In this document: positions 1 to 11,595 of the stretch, one piece after another
Layout of the letters: every line of letters begins with the position of its first letter
Position numbering within the stretch: the first letter of the stretch is position 1
Assembly (NCBI GenBank): GCA_027604505.1
Contig: JADIIX010000117.1
Location: forward strand, 1-64,000
Length of the DNA: 64,000 bases
Origin: Gonapodya sp. JEL0774
Taxonomy: Eukaryota
Reading direction: 5' to 3'
The notes under the pieces: generated by a model
Databases searched by the model: none
What the model was told of the DNA's origin: nothing
The model's input: the letters and a program-made list of their open reading frames with translations, nothing else
Position numbers and translations under genes: made by a program

Positions 1-529
1 GAAATCCCCACAGCCCCAAACGACTATGGATCCTTGGGCTGCGGCCCTACACCTCGACAATCGGCATCTTTTTGACGCAGCAGTTTATACTTTAGTCAGG
101 GCTCAAGCTGTGAACCTCGAGGAAGATGAACTTGGAATATGGGGTTTGATGAGTTTGAGACGGCGGAGGATTCTACCCCGGATGTTAAGAAGGAGGGCAC
201 CAATAATGACACGGAACACGGTGATGATAATGACACGGAAAGAGGAACTGGATAGCGACTGGTTTTACAAAGAGATGGTTGGATTCGTTTGGTGCCCCAC
301 AAGTGTCTTGCATCGCCGGCGACTGGAAGGAAACGGTGGATTTTCGGGGAAAGGGCGGACCACACAGAGTTTTTCGAGGAGAATCATCTGTTGAGTGGGA
401 GATGGGGCCAAGTGAGGGACGCGGGCGTCGACAGTTCTGCACCACTTATTTTTCAGGCGATTGTACCTATAATCGTTTACAACTGAGAGCTGAGCAAATG
501 TTGTAAATTGATATCGATGTTGATGGTTC

Positions 530-2136
530 GTGTTGTGGTGTGACCCTGTGTGTGTGGGTCTGCGCAGCGAGCATGCATGTCCGTCCGAACTGGTTGTCTC
601 AATGTCATCAAACCAGATGTTATCTGAACGACCGGCGCCGACGCCTTCACACCATCAAACGCAACCGATTCGAGGAAGGCCGACGCTGCCCCCACTTCCC
701 CATCAACTGACTCCGACGCTCCAGGTAAGTGGGTTGCCGGGTTTTGGCGCACGCCGGCCACCTACATCAGTCCCGGCCGCACACCAGTCTTCCGATACAA
801 TGACGAACATCTATATCTGTGATGACTCGGAGTCTGCATCCAGGCCGACGTCAACCTCCCTATGCAACGCCACCAAGCCGGCGGGAACTGCTGCACAGTG
901 TTTACCCCATAAAGACTCGTCTTCAGCGAAACGTCTAACCGTCACGACTCTCGATGTGTCTGCTGGCACTGCTTCCGTGTCGTCTGCCTCCAAGCAGGTG
1001 CAGGAACAGCAGCTGCCTGGGCCACGAAAGGAGCTTGTTGTCGGGAGTGCGCGAGCAGTCGATAGTCCTCTGGGACCTTTTCCCCGTTTACTGAATGGTG
1101 ATTTATTGCTGATGGATCCGGGTGCCAACTCTGGGTCAGGACGGGCGTATCGGGACGGTGGTGAGTGCGGCGATACCGAAATTCGAGTAGGGCTACTGGA
1201 AATCATACGCAAACCGAAGGCATGGTCGCTACTCTGCAATCCGTGAGCGGAAATTCTTCTCCGGCATCCAGGCCCCCGGAACCAAGTCCACCAACTGCAT
1301 ACTTGACTACACCTCCGGCTGGTTTTACAAACCCACCGGGGCTGACAGCCACTTTATCGTTAACGCCCTCAGATACAAGTCCATTCCTCCTCCACCCATA
1401 CACTTCCCAGTATTTTACTAACGGCGGGTCTTTTAACGGGCCAGCGCCGGGACCGGGAAATGGTATCATCCGCACGCACAATCTGGCAGGCATCGGGAAA
1501 CCATCGAAGAAGGCTCTTCGCAAGGCCGCATTATGGGGGGCCTTTAAAATTGGAATTCGTGGTTCCCTGGACCAATTCTGTTTGACCACCACGTCCATAA
1601 TCTACTGCAGTGGGACCCCAAACGAGTTCCTGGTTGCATTTCCGCTTCCAGCCGTACTTTCTTCCGCCTCACCAAACTCATTGGTAGCGGTCCCAACTAC
1701 CTTGAACGTACGGAGCGGACAGATGGTTGTTTCGATTGTTCCCGAAATTACTTGTACAAAGGAAGTTGTGGGGATGGTCACAAGCTCTGCCACAGTGGAG
1801 CAAAACAGGCCAGCCACAGTGGGAAGGAGTGCCAATTCTGACCCCATTGACGTGGATGGGGTTTTCAGCTCCAGTGAAAATGCGTTAGAGGAGTCCGAAT
1901 CCAGATGCGCGAGGTTGTGCCCCAAGATGACTAAGGAGCAAACGGGAACATCTACCCCACACCTAGACCTGATAGGCACAACCCGAGGCGAAATCAGTGA
2001 GAATGTTGAACCGAAAACCGGGGGTGAGATATGCCAGGAGAAACCACAGGAAGAAACAAAAAAGAAGAGGAACCTCGATGAGCAGGCTTCAACAAGTGTG
2101 CAAGTTCCTATGGCAGGAAAGAAAAGGAAGCTGTAA
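530..2136 (+). CDS. hypothetical low-complexity (S/T/P-rich) protein, probably spliced, with a C-terminal NLS-like tail
   Basis: Overlapping ORFs 530-1246 and 1165-2136 with GTGAG donors at 1161 and 1243; ends KKKRN...KKRKL. No domain recognised and exon structure unresolved. Confidence 0.3.
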
Positions 2137-2897
2137 TGACGAAAGGAACCGGGGTACAAGTGATTATAATAAGGGTCAGCTAAAGTTACATAATTGATTG
2201 GAGGGAGAGACTCGTCGTCCACCAAGAATACAAACAACATTTTTTTCCGTGACTTCACGTCGTTTTAGTCCGTAATACAGTACTCGCGGACCACTATACA
2301 GTGTCCACACGCTGCTTTATCTTTTTCGATACACTTTGTTGTGGTGGATCAAACCCATATAAACCCAATGTTATTGTAATCGCTTCGCAAACGTCACTTT
2401 CGGAAAGCAAACCATTTGGTTGAGTGAATCCCACAGCAGTATGACGGCCTGGAGGGATAGAAATTTCACTTTTCCAATTTACGACTTGTGACTCCCAAAC
2501 CCCAGCCGACTTGAATGCTCAGCAGATCCTGGAATTTCACGCCATAGTGCTACCTACGATTTTTTCTCTGCATAAGCCCTCAGTTCTCCTTTGTGATAGC
2601 GCGTTCACCTGGATAATAATGTATTGACGGATATGGCACCTGACACTACACAACAATGTCCCCGTTCACCGTTTCCTGCTCAGCACCGTGCCCAATGCTG
2701 TCCTCCTGTCAGTAGTTGTCTACGTCTCCACGTACTCAACACACCCCTACCCCCAGCACGTGCCACTCGACCACTCATTGCGTGCATACTTTTCCCCCAC
2801 AGACTACTGACACTAAAGGAAGACATCTGTCACCGAGTATATAGCTGACTTGACTTCCGATCAGATTCTGTAGAAATCAGGTTGTCACCTTCTTCTG

Positions 2898-3601
2898 TCA
2901 AGCTGAACACCTGGAGAGGACACGAATTTTCTGAATGAATTCGCCGGGTTCCGAAATCAATCCATTACAAAAAGAAACTATGTATGTATGAACTGCGCAG
3001 TCATTATCTCTACAAGGAATTGTGCTTGGAGCTACAAGAAAATCTACAGCGGAGACATTTGGGTGTCTCCGGTCTGTTGCCAGTGAGGTGATGAGTGCAC
3101 TTACCGGCGGAGGTAGCCAAAGAGGACTTCCACGAGGATCCCGGCCCCGGCGTGCCAAGTTGAGTGCGTCGACATCTCTTGAGGAAAGGCCACCGCCCAA
3201 CTTCTTAGGTACCCATCTGTTTCCACGTCTCTCCCTTTCCACGTCCACAAAAAGTATCCAACCATCCAAGCGGATTCCATTTGCGCCATAAAACGCCGCC
3301 TCGAAGTCCCCTCTCCGCTGATACTCCACAAATGCACAGTCTCGTGAATGACCATTGCGATCACGAGAAAATGACCACTTTATTCATATCTCCGAAACAC
3401 TCAAAGTGGTTTCGCAGAGTCTCTTCTGTGAGTAGTGGCGGAGCATTGGCGTATGTCTCCTGTGTTTTAGAACGCGAGGACGCCTTCTGCGCTCCACGAA
3501 CTCCAACACATATTTGTGCAGGCTGCCACTCGATTCTGGCTCAGCCGGTCCAGAGAGTACTTGGAAATCCTCGTGGAAAGCTCCAGCCTACTTGTGATCA
3601 T
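2898..3601 (-). pseudogene. U1-70K / U11-U12-35K-like RRM snRNP protein, frameshifted
   Basis: TEETLRNHFECFGDMNKVVIF [+1 nt at ~3367] RDRNGHSRDCAFVEY...LFVDVERERRGNRWVPKKLGGGL. The VDVER..W.P..LGGGL tail is the U1-70K/SNRNP35 signature; RNP1 is degenerate (SRDCAFVEY). Ends approximate. Confidence 0.6.
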
Positions 3602-4159
3602 GGAATCCGCAAGTTGCTTCCGTTAGACACGATTCCACCCATTATTTCTATTCGTCGCTTGAGGGGTGTTGAGCAAACTGCTACAGAGTGATGATGATGT
3701 TACCATAAATCTCCATTTATTCCCAGATTGAAACTGATTTGCTTGCCTGCAGAGAGTTCAGTTAGCCGGATTTTCCCAAGAGGGCCAGACGGACGTTGTC
3801 CATCAATCCGTCTCGCCCCATCAGCGTCCCATCAACTGAATATTGAACCGCATTGGTGAACCACAGTTCCCTCTGGTCCGTGGCTGGTTTGGTCGTTAAG
3901 GTGTTTTGGTGCCACAACCCCCACTGCCCCGACATGAAACATCGTTTGAATGAATACACGAAATCCCCAAACTTTAATATTCCAGCAATCTCCCATCATG
4001 AGTTGGCGCTCGCGTTTTCCCTGTCTTTCTCATTCTCCGAGCCTTCAATCGCATTCCAAACGAATGGGGACTCCAAACTCATGGGGTCCCAAACTACCCA
4101 AGTCACCTTTACCTGAATTTATACACCAGTCACACTCTGGATCGCGATGCTTGTTTTCA

Positions 4160-5719
4160 ATGCCCCGTGTGCCTACTCCTCCTCTCGCGTCCGAGACTCG
4201 CCAGATTCTCTCGGAAATACGGTTCCCGATCGTGGACTCCCATCATCATATGTGGACCCACGATTCGATACCAGGCCACACTACTGATGTATGTAGTTAA
4301 CAGCACGGAATACTCATGGCTTGCGATTGGTGACTCTAGTCTTTTGTGTTGTCATCTCGAGAGGCCGCTAGTCGAGTTGACGTCGTGCACACGTACACGC
4401 ACAAGGATCTGATTCGTGACGTTGAGGAGACCGGAGTGAGGATTGTGGGCTCCGTCTTCATCGAGTTAGTGCTTTTCTCGATGGATTGTCCTGCTCAAAG
4501 AATTATTTGAGCATCAACTCTCCCTTCGTGTTCAATCACACTCACAGAGCAAGCTGGACGGATTACTCCAAGTTTGGATTGGCTAGTGAGACTGCGTGGG
4601 TTCAGGACGTTGCAGACCAGACTTGTAACCAGGTTGGAACAGGTTGGCACCTTTCCTCAACACTCCATGACAAGTGTCCAAACTTACACTGCCTACTCAT
4701 TGTTGCCTGCAGGCATCCAAAGCAACATCGACATGCGTCAACCCCGCACCTCCTTTGAAACGGAGCTCCGGGCCCACAAAGCTTATCCCAACTTCCGCGG
4801 CATCAGGCGACGAATGACAGCGCGCGGTGTTGATGGGAGTTACCCTCCTGGGATCGACGCAGACCCCACCGTCTTGGACCTCCCAAACGTGCGGGCAAAT
4901 TTTGAAGTGTTGAACAATCACGGGATGTGTTATGATCTCTGGTATCGTATGAGTGAGCATTCGTGCTTTGATGTTTGTTCATGTTTTGTTGCTCTGCATT
5001 CTTGCCAGCTCACAGTTTTCGACTTTGTGTGTCGCGATTTCCCTCAGAACCCGCTACCATGCAAACCACTGCGACCAAGTTCTTCTCCATTATTCGCGAC
5101 AATCCCGAAATCAAGTTTGTAATTAACCATTTTCTGGAGCCCGAGAACGTGTTTTCGGATGAGGTGATGTTCCGCAGGTGGAAGGAGATCATGCTGGACT
5201 ACGCAAAGTGAGCATCCGGAGATTTTACATTCCATAATGTCACTGGAAGACCATCGAGTGGAACAGTCAACCCCTGTATTTCGTCCCAGGTTTCCCAACG
5301 TGTTCGCTAAGCTCTCGGGGCTCATGAAGGGGCTTGGTGGTGGATTTGAGAAGTGGCCGGATCCGCGGAAGCCCTTTGCGCGAGAACTCGCCAGTAGTAG
5401 ATTCGGGGACCTTGTAGGGTTCACAGTGGACAAATTTGGCTCGGAACGGTGAGTCGGAGTCACATTGTGAGATCTTTGGGCAGTGTTCACGTTCCGACTT
5501 GCTGAAAGATGACCACGCTCTCTTCACCATTGTATAAACGTCAGATGCATGTTCGGCTCCAACTTCCCAGTCGACCGATTATCAGCCACATATGGGGAAC
5601 TCCTCGCGTGCTACTGGATCGTATGCAAGAGAAGAGGGTTGTCGGACGTCGCAATGCGCAATGTTTTTGCAGAGACGTGCAGGACCGTGTATAAGCTTCC
5701 AAATCCAGCAACATCATAA
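4160..5719 (+). CDS. amidohydrolase_2 family TIM-barrel hydrolase (L-fucono/rhamnono-lactonase-like, COG3618 type), 7 exons
   Basis: Six GT-AG introns splice in frame. Motifs IVDSHHHMW, GSVFIE, FRGIR, FVINH, PNVFAKLSGL, FGSERCMFGSNFPVD; stop TAA 5717-5719. Confidence 0.85.
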
Positions 5720-6392
5720 ATCGAACATCCGTCCGCCGAGTTTTGTCGCGTGTTGGACAAAGACAGTTATTTCGAGTATCAAGGCGATGATGGGCTACCG
5801 CAAACAACGTGAAGGGAAGGAACCGACATGATAATATCGTCGGACAACCGTTCGGTTGAGATATTTCAAAAGGTGCAGGGGAGTTGGATGGCCCGAATTG
5901 CTGGGATGAGGTATCAAGAATGGGCTCACCTCTGAATGCGCCAGAAGTTCGTTGGCAAAGCAGGGCGAGTGCCAGTAGTATCAAGCTTATTGCCTTGTGT
6001 ATTTTGATCTCGAATCTGCTTACAAAGCCGTTGGAGCTCGCGGTGTCATCTCGCACTGCAATGAAATGTCTAAACCGTATGCGAAATGTAAATCTTAAGC
6101 TGTGACTTTTTCCTGGCGTCTCGTTTGATTGAGCTTTCTGGTAGTGTGTTCGTGCATTAACCATTATATTCAACCGTACAGGTCCACCAAACAGTCTAGT
6201 ATATGCGTAATTGTTGATGTCCGACCTACCGCAAGGATCTATTTAACGTGTGTTGGACAAATCCTTGATGAGTCTTACTGTCATTTGCAACACACAGTAC
6301 AACTACCCGTCGATATGCTGGCTACATCTCTCTTATGAAACAACGGTGATAGTTCGTTAAAGGCTCCCTTCGAAATGAATTATGGTGCCCTT

Positions 6393-7732
6393 TCATGCAA
6401 GCTCGACGACAGTTGCCTCTGGGTAGCCGCAGCTCAAGAGCATCTCGCTCACGGTACTCTTGAACCTTTTGGTGCCACAAATGAAAATCCGAGTCCCTTC
6501 AATTTGGGCAGTTGCACTTTTGAGAGAACCGGCACTGAAACGCGGGGCAGACTGTGAGCTGGGGTTCAGATTCGACATTTGCCTTGATAGGGGACGTGTC
6601 GTTATCTGCTCGGGTGGTGGGGGCATAGCTGAGCACAGAATCTCTTCGTTGAGATGACCCCGAAGACCAGTCCACTTTGGCAAAGTTGGAGCGGTTGTCA
6701 CGAACAACGAAACGAGAAGTATGATGATTGAGCGCTGACCTCTGGAGATGGAGCGATTGCCAGCGTGGTAACTTTCAGAGCACCATTGAGCTCGTTCACT
6801 AAAGTATCAAGAAAGGTACGACCATAACTTGGTCAAAGTCGAGTGTCAGGGCTGCTGTTGTGTGCTTCACTCGATAAACTCACATCTCATAGTCAGATTC
6901 AACAACATCAAGCAAGCGTATTGTAAACAGAGGCGATCCAGGCTCTCCTGGCTTGAGAGTGGGCGATCTTAATCCGCAACGGGCGTACCTAATGTCTGAG
7001 GTGAGTGATCGCTGCAACAGCGACTCCAAATTCTCTCACCATTCAATGATATTGATAAAAGGAGCAAGTCCAGTCCCGTGACACACCAATCCGATCGAGG
7101 AGAAGCACTTGGATTCGTGTTTTGAATTCCGCATTCTGTCGATCGGGTCTTCGGAGCGCGTGCGTGAATATACTCAGTGTAGGTTTGCAGCATTTGAATC
7201 ACCCACGGGACGATGAGGTCAACTCACTGAGACAAGCATCCTTACGGTTTACCATTATCCGCACCTGATGTCCGATCTCCAGTGCTTGCAGTAGTTGAGA
7301 CATTTTCCCCTCGGGGTGAATTTTGATGAGAAAGTCTATTGAATTCTTGCATTCGATCGATATTGGAGTGTACGAACGCGTGGCCAGCTCGTTTGTTGTT
7401 GAGTTGACGATTTGAAGAGTACAATGTTCGCCGGGTCGGAAAATGACGGGGCTTTTCGGATGGTTCCCATTGGCGTCTCGTATTTCAAACGAAAAGAGCA
7501 GGACTTTCTTTCGTGCCTTTGGTTCGGACATGGATGTTTTCATTATCAGTTTGAAGTAATGAAAGACTCTGGAGCTGAGGATGGAATCCATGGCAAGTTG
7601 ACCTTCTTGAATAGTTGCTATACTCGATGGGCCTTCAACCTCCGGGCCCTTGGGCACCAACTCAAGGATGGTAGATTTCATTATTTGACCAGATGTGGGC
7701 GCTTGTGCAATTCTGGCTACTTTCATAGTTCG
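6393..7732 (-). CDS. cytochrome b5 reductase-like FAD- and NAD(P)-binding domains (module of fusion)
   Basis: RPGEH, TRSYTPIS, FLIKIHPEGKMSQLL; IGLVCHGTGLAPFINII; WTGLRGHLNEEIL; IFICG; stop at 6393-6395. Confidence 0.85.
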
Positions 7733-7796
7733 CTGGAGATGGAGAGCGAACTATTGTTAAATTGATCACGATGAAGGAACCGGGGAAATGCTCACC

Positions 7797-8170
7797 AGTT
7801 GCAAAAGCGCAACACGTGAGTGCTCGTGAGAGACCATTCTAGTTTTCCCTTTTGATACTTCCAGGGATAGAGCATCCACACCGGAAAAGTACCGTGAAAT
7901 ATCCTGTAGCATGGCAGAACCAATATGTGATGAAAGTCAAGGATCCGTTGTCCATCTCTCTACTCACCATCCCAACCACGTGCAGTATTGGCGCGGCTCC
8001 TCCCGGATGCGATCGACAGTAATCACTCAGATCGTACACAATACCATCCACGATAACGAGTTTAGCACCATTAATGGTGCGATCGTTAATTGTGATGCGA
8101 ATGGGGTAGGGTTGAATGGTGCTCCCAGTTGAAAGTGTGGACAGTCACTGTACATTCTTTCCAGGTGATG
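7797..8170 (-). CDS. cytochrome b5 heme-binding domain (module of fusion)
   Basis: ITWKE..LVIVDGIVYDLSDYCRSHPGG..VGMDISRYF...HSRVALLQL. Confidence 0.85.
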
Positions 8171-8269
8171 GCCATAAGTCCTGTGTTGGTGTCCTTGCCA
8201 GATTCCAATTCGTCACCAATTGCGTGGGATCCCGACCAATCTCGACCAGTTATCTTCTGAAAGATATTT

Positions 8270-8915
8270 TGCCATTCGTGGAAAGTGATGAGAACCAAAT
8301 TCCACGAAATCACCACCACAACAAAAGTGACTTGAAACACCATGAGGTTGGGATTCTCTCTCAAGAATATCGACATTCCGCTGAATAGTGAGAGCAAGCG
8401 CAATTAGCAGGCAACTCCCGGAGATTGTAGAGATAGCGTACAGAAACGCATTGACCATATAGTCGTCGTCATGAGATACCCCAAAACACGATGAAACGCT
8501 TGTGTCTGAATCAGACGATGCCGAATGAAATTGCCAGCTGCGCCCATTTTCGACAGATAAACTGATGCTGTTGGACATGAGAGAAATCCAAGCAACACCT
8601 GTGTGATCATCAACCCGAGTAATATCTTGCCAAGGATAACATGAGCACTGTTGCCACTCAGCGTCATTATAATGCTCAGCAATACATTCACAACTGTCTC
8701 TGTAACAAGAATGCTCCTTTTTGAACAAAAATTGAATGTGTTCGGAACAAGGGAAGAGTTTAGTGCGCCCGCACTCACATAATCTCTCGGTGCCACGCCA
8801 GATAGTTCGCGTAGCGACTCGAGTAATGAACAATTACAATGGCCATCGGAGCGACAATGGAAAAAGAGACGAAAAGCAGTATGCCATGGAATATTTTGCG
8901 AACATTTCTTTGCCG
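8270..8915 (-). CDS. cytochrome b561 transmembrane domain (module of fusion)
   Basis: Four heme His in hydrophobic helices: IFHGIL, AWHREIM, SAHVILG, AFHRVLG; then VNAFLGM and a final TM helix; 1-nt frameshift at ~8459. Confidence 0.8.
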
Positions 8916-8959
8916 TGCGGGATCTTGAGAGTTGTCGGATACTGGCGAACCACTCAACA

Positions 8960-9611
8960 GGTTGAGCGTCGTTGTTCCGACATTGTCTCCACTGATCAAA
9001 ACCGGAAAGATCAGTAAGATCACCCGGTCGTCGGGCTATGGGAAATTAATATCTCACTGGAAAGCGAACGTTTCCAAATTAGACCAGGAAAAATGTAACA
9101 ACAATGGACTTTCGAGCATTAATACGCGATCTTTGTTTGGTACCGCCTGTTGAGAGTTGCCTCGAGAAAGCAACTGCCTTGATGAAGCCAGGAAACTCTG
9201 GCGTAGCATCCTCAATGTCTGCGAGATTTTGAACGGCATCGAATTGCGGGAGTTGATATCCACTTGAATGCCTGAAAATTACCAAGAATGAATCGTATGC
9301 ACTTAGTACGCGATGAAACATCAATTGAGTCCTTCTTACAGATCCTGGACTGTGTTTGATGTCTTGATGTACGCGACAATATCCATATCTATCATGCTTT
9401 CACCAAATCCGATGGCAAACCATCCAGTGTATCGACATGCGACCTTGAAGTCAACGAATCCGTCGGATAACCGAATTTGCCAGCTGAGCTGCATCGATGT
9501 CCCCAGTGAGATGGTACTCCAGCTAGGTCCAAGTTCCACTGACACATCTGTTGCGCCATCGGACGGATCAGTGGAGACAGGTAGCGTGGTCAGATTGACC
9601 GACGAATACCC
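8960..9611 (-). CDS. DOMON heme-binding domain (module of fusion)
   Basis: LSWQI...GWFAIGFGESMIDMDIV (Met ligand) ...FSRQLSTG...LHFSWS...FAFHGDNVG (His ligand); 1-nt frameshift at ~9143. Confidence 0.8.
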
Positions 9612-9679
9612 TGAAATCATGTTTCAAGTATCATTAGCCGGCAAATGCGTCCGATGACAGACAAAGTGAGGTGACTCAC

Positions 9680-11172
9680 CGAGATCCATGAGCTTTTGCC
9701 AAGAACTGGCAAATTTCTCATAAACGATTGTGGAGTTTGCGGCATACCTTAATTGAAAAGGGAATCGCGCCATTGTTTCAACACCCCTTCTCTCTCATTC
9801 AATCACTACACTCACTGGAAAACGTAGTAGCGAAAAGTGTTGCTTTGCACGAGAGCGATATCTGATGGAAGCATCATAGTCTTTCCATCCCTGGAAAAAA
9901 ACTGTAAGTAACCGTTGGTGGCGGTGATATTCTTGAAAAACCTGGGCATGAAGAGGAATTGACACCAAGTGGCACTGAAAGAAAACATGAACCGCGGATT
10001 ACACCTTAAGTCAGTAAGGATTCCAAAATATGAATTCGAGAATCTAAGTGGGCGCCTTGTCCATGGTCCTACGTAACCGGAGCGATCGGCGTGAGGTTTG
10101 CACATTACAATAAGGAGTCCGCAGGAACAAGTGAACGCGACCCGCATGCATCACAAACCTCTACCCAAGCAATGTGCTCCAATTAGCGCAACGAGTTCTG
10201 CGTCGTTAAACCCCATGTTGGTCTGGAAAACGGAACGGAAATGGTCCTCGCCACCGGAAGGATCCGGGAGCCGGCTTGGTGTCACACCAGTACCAACAGC
10301 GAAATCAATGCGGCCGCAGCGAAAATTTACTTTGCAAGGCAAATTGCGGACAGAACAATGGTGTTGATCTGGTCACCTTGCAGGAAGTCTACAGGAGTTG
10401 ACACTCACGTAATGGACCACCGCTTGCGGTGATGGCAACAGAACCCGCAAAGGCCCAAATATCCGCGACTTGAGATGAGAGGATAAACAGGCGGAATTTA
10501 CACCCTGTATCGAATGAAGAACTAATGCGACGTCATACTTGCGACGTTCGGGTACCTAATCGAGATATCCGCGAGCATCCCGCGAGCAAGAGCAAGACCT
10601 GCGTTTTCAGCTGCAGGGCAAAACATTATCAAAACAAGCATCAAACTCGTTGTTGCAATGTGTCATGTGAGCACGTTTTCATGACTCACCCATGTCTGAC
10701 ATAGGCGAGAAACGCATAGTGGCGTGTATTCCACCTGTGTTGTCTGGTATATACACCATCAACAAACGTTAATGAAAGGTCAAGTGTGGCACAATACTTT
10801 GAGTGCGGACTTGCTTGTCATCAAAGAACGATGTCAGCGTGCACCCACTCAGCTTGGAATATGTTCCGGCGTCTTGAAACGCCAGTCGAACAAGGAGTGG
10901 CCCTATCCGACGGTCATAGTGAACGGTGTGGTTTCAGGCAATGAGAACAGAATCACTAAAGGTCATCTCTTCGCTCCAACATGACAATGAAACACACCAT
11001 GACCAGCTTGCACAAGGTTGTAAATGGTACTCCGAATGTCTAGCCACCCAGTGATCGTGGTTCCACAATATATTGAAGTATCGTTCTGAACTCCATTGGA
11101 GAAACCGAAGAGGATCGTTACAAAGTATGCAATCAGAATCAGAGTGTTTCGAAGAGAGCGTGTCATTTTCAT
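9680..11172 (-). CDS. N-terminal module of fusion: signal peptide/anchor + ascorbate/cytochrome c peroxidase-like (class I) domain
   Basis: MKMTRSLRNTLILIAYFVTILFGFSNG; GPLLVRLAFQDAGTYSK; ENAGL; IADIWAFAG; GRIDF..RLPDP; ELVALIGAHCLGR (proximal His); HADRSGYVGPWT; MMLPSDIAL; KLMDLG. Confidence 0.85.
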
Positions 11173-11595
11173 TGACGTTCCCACGGCAAGTGCATGTATG
11201 GTGCTCGTTTGGGTGTTGTGTGACGGGACCAGTCACCAGTGCTCAGTCGTTACCGAAGTCTTTGGCGATTCCTCTGGGCTTCCGTCAGCGTCCAAGCCCA
11301 AATTGATCTCTTTTGAAGTTTGGGAAGCGCTGGGATCATCGATCGCTCCAACAGTCATCCCTGAATTCGAAGTTGCGATTGTGCGTCATTCGCCCACGCA
11401 CAGACTTTTATGTACGTCGGGAGTAGATCCGCCGTGCTAGACTGAAAATGGGAATCTCCGAGTTCAGAAATTTGTTTCGGAGGAATCGTGACTTGCATCC
11501 ATTTGTGAATGATATGAGGATCACCAGGAACGATACAAAGACATGACTACATCGCAAAACTGTCTGTTCCACATTCGTATCCGTTGCCAATAAAT

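Larger units (their letters stand above)
6393..11172 (-). pseudogene. multidomain redox fusion: signal peptide - class I heme peroxidase - DOMON - cytochrome b561 - cytochrome b5 - FAD/NAD(P)H reductase (lesioned copy)
   Basis: Manual splicing links all domains in order. Peroxidase KLMDLG joins GYSSVNL..DOMON in frame through a GT-AG intron; DOMON FAFHGDNVG runs into b561 IFHGIL in one exon; b5 HSRVALLQL joins RTMKVAR..reductase in frame. Frameshifts at ~9143, ~8459 and ~7150. Confidence 0.8.

Noticed and set aside
5541..6173. 210-aa - strand ORF with a hydrophobic stretch
   Set aside because: Non-ATG start, overlaps the amidohydrolase last exon antisense, no domain.
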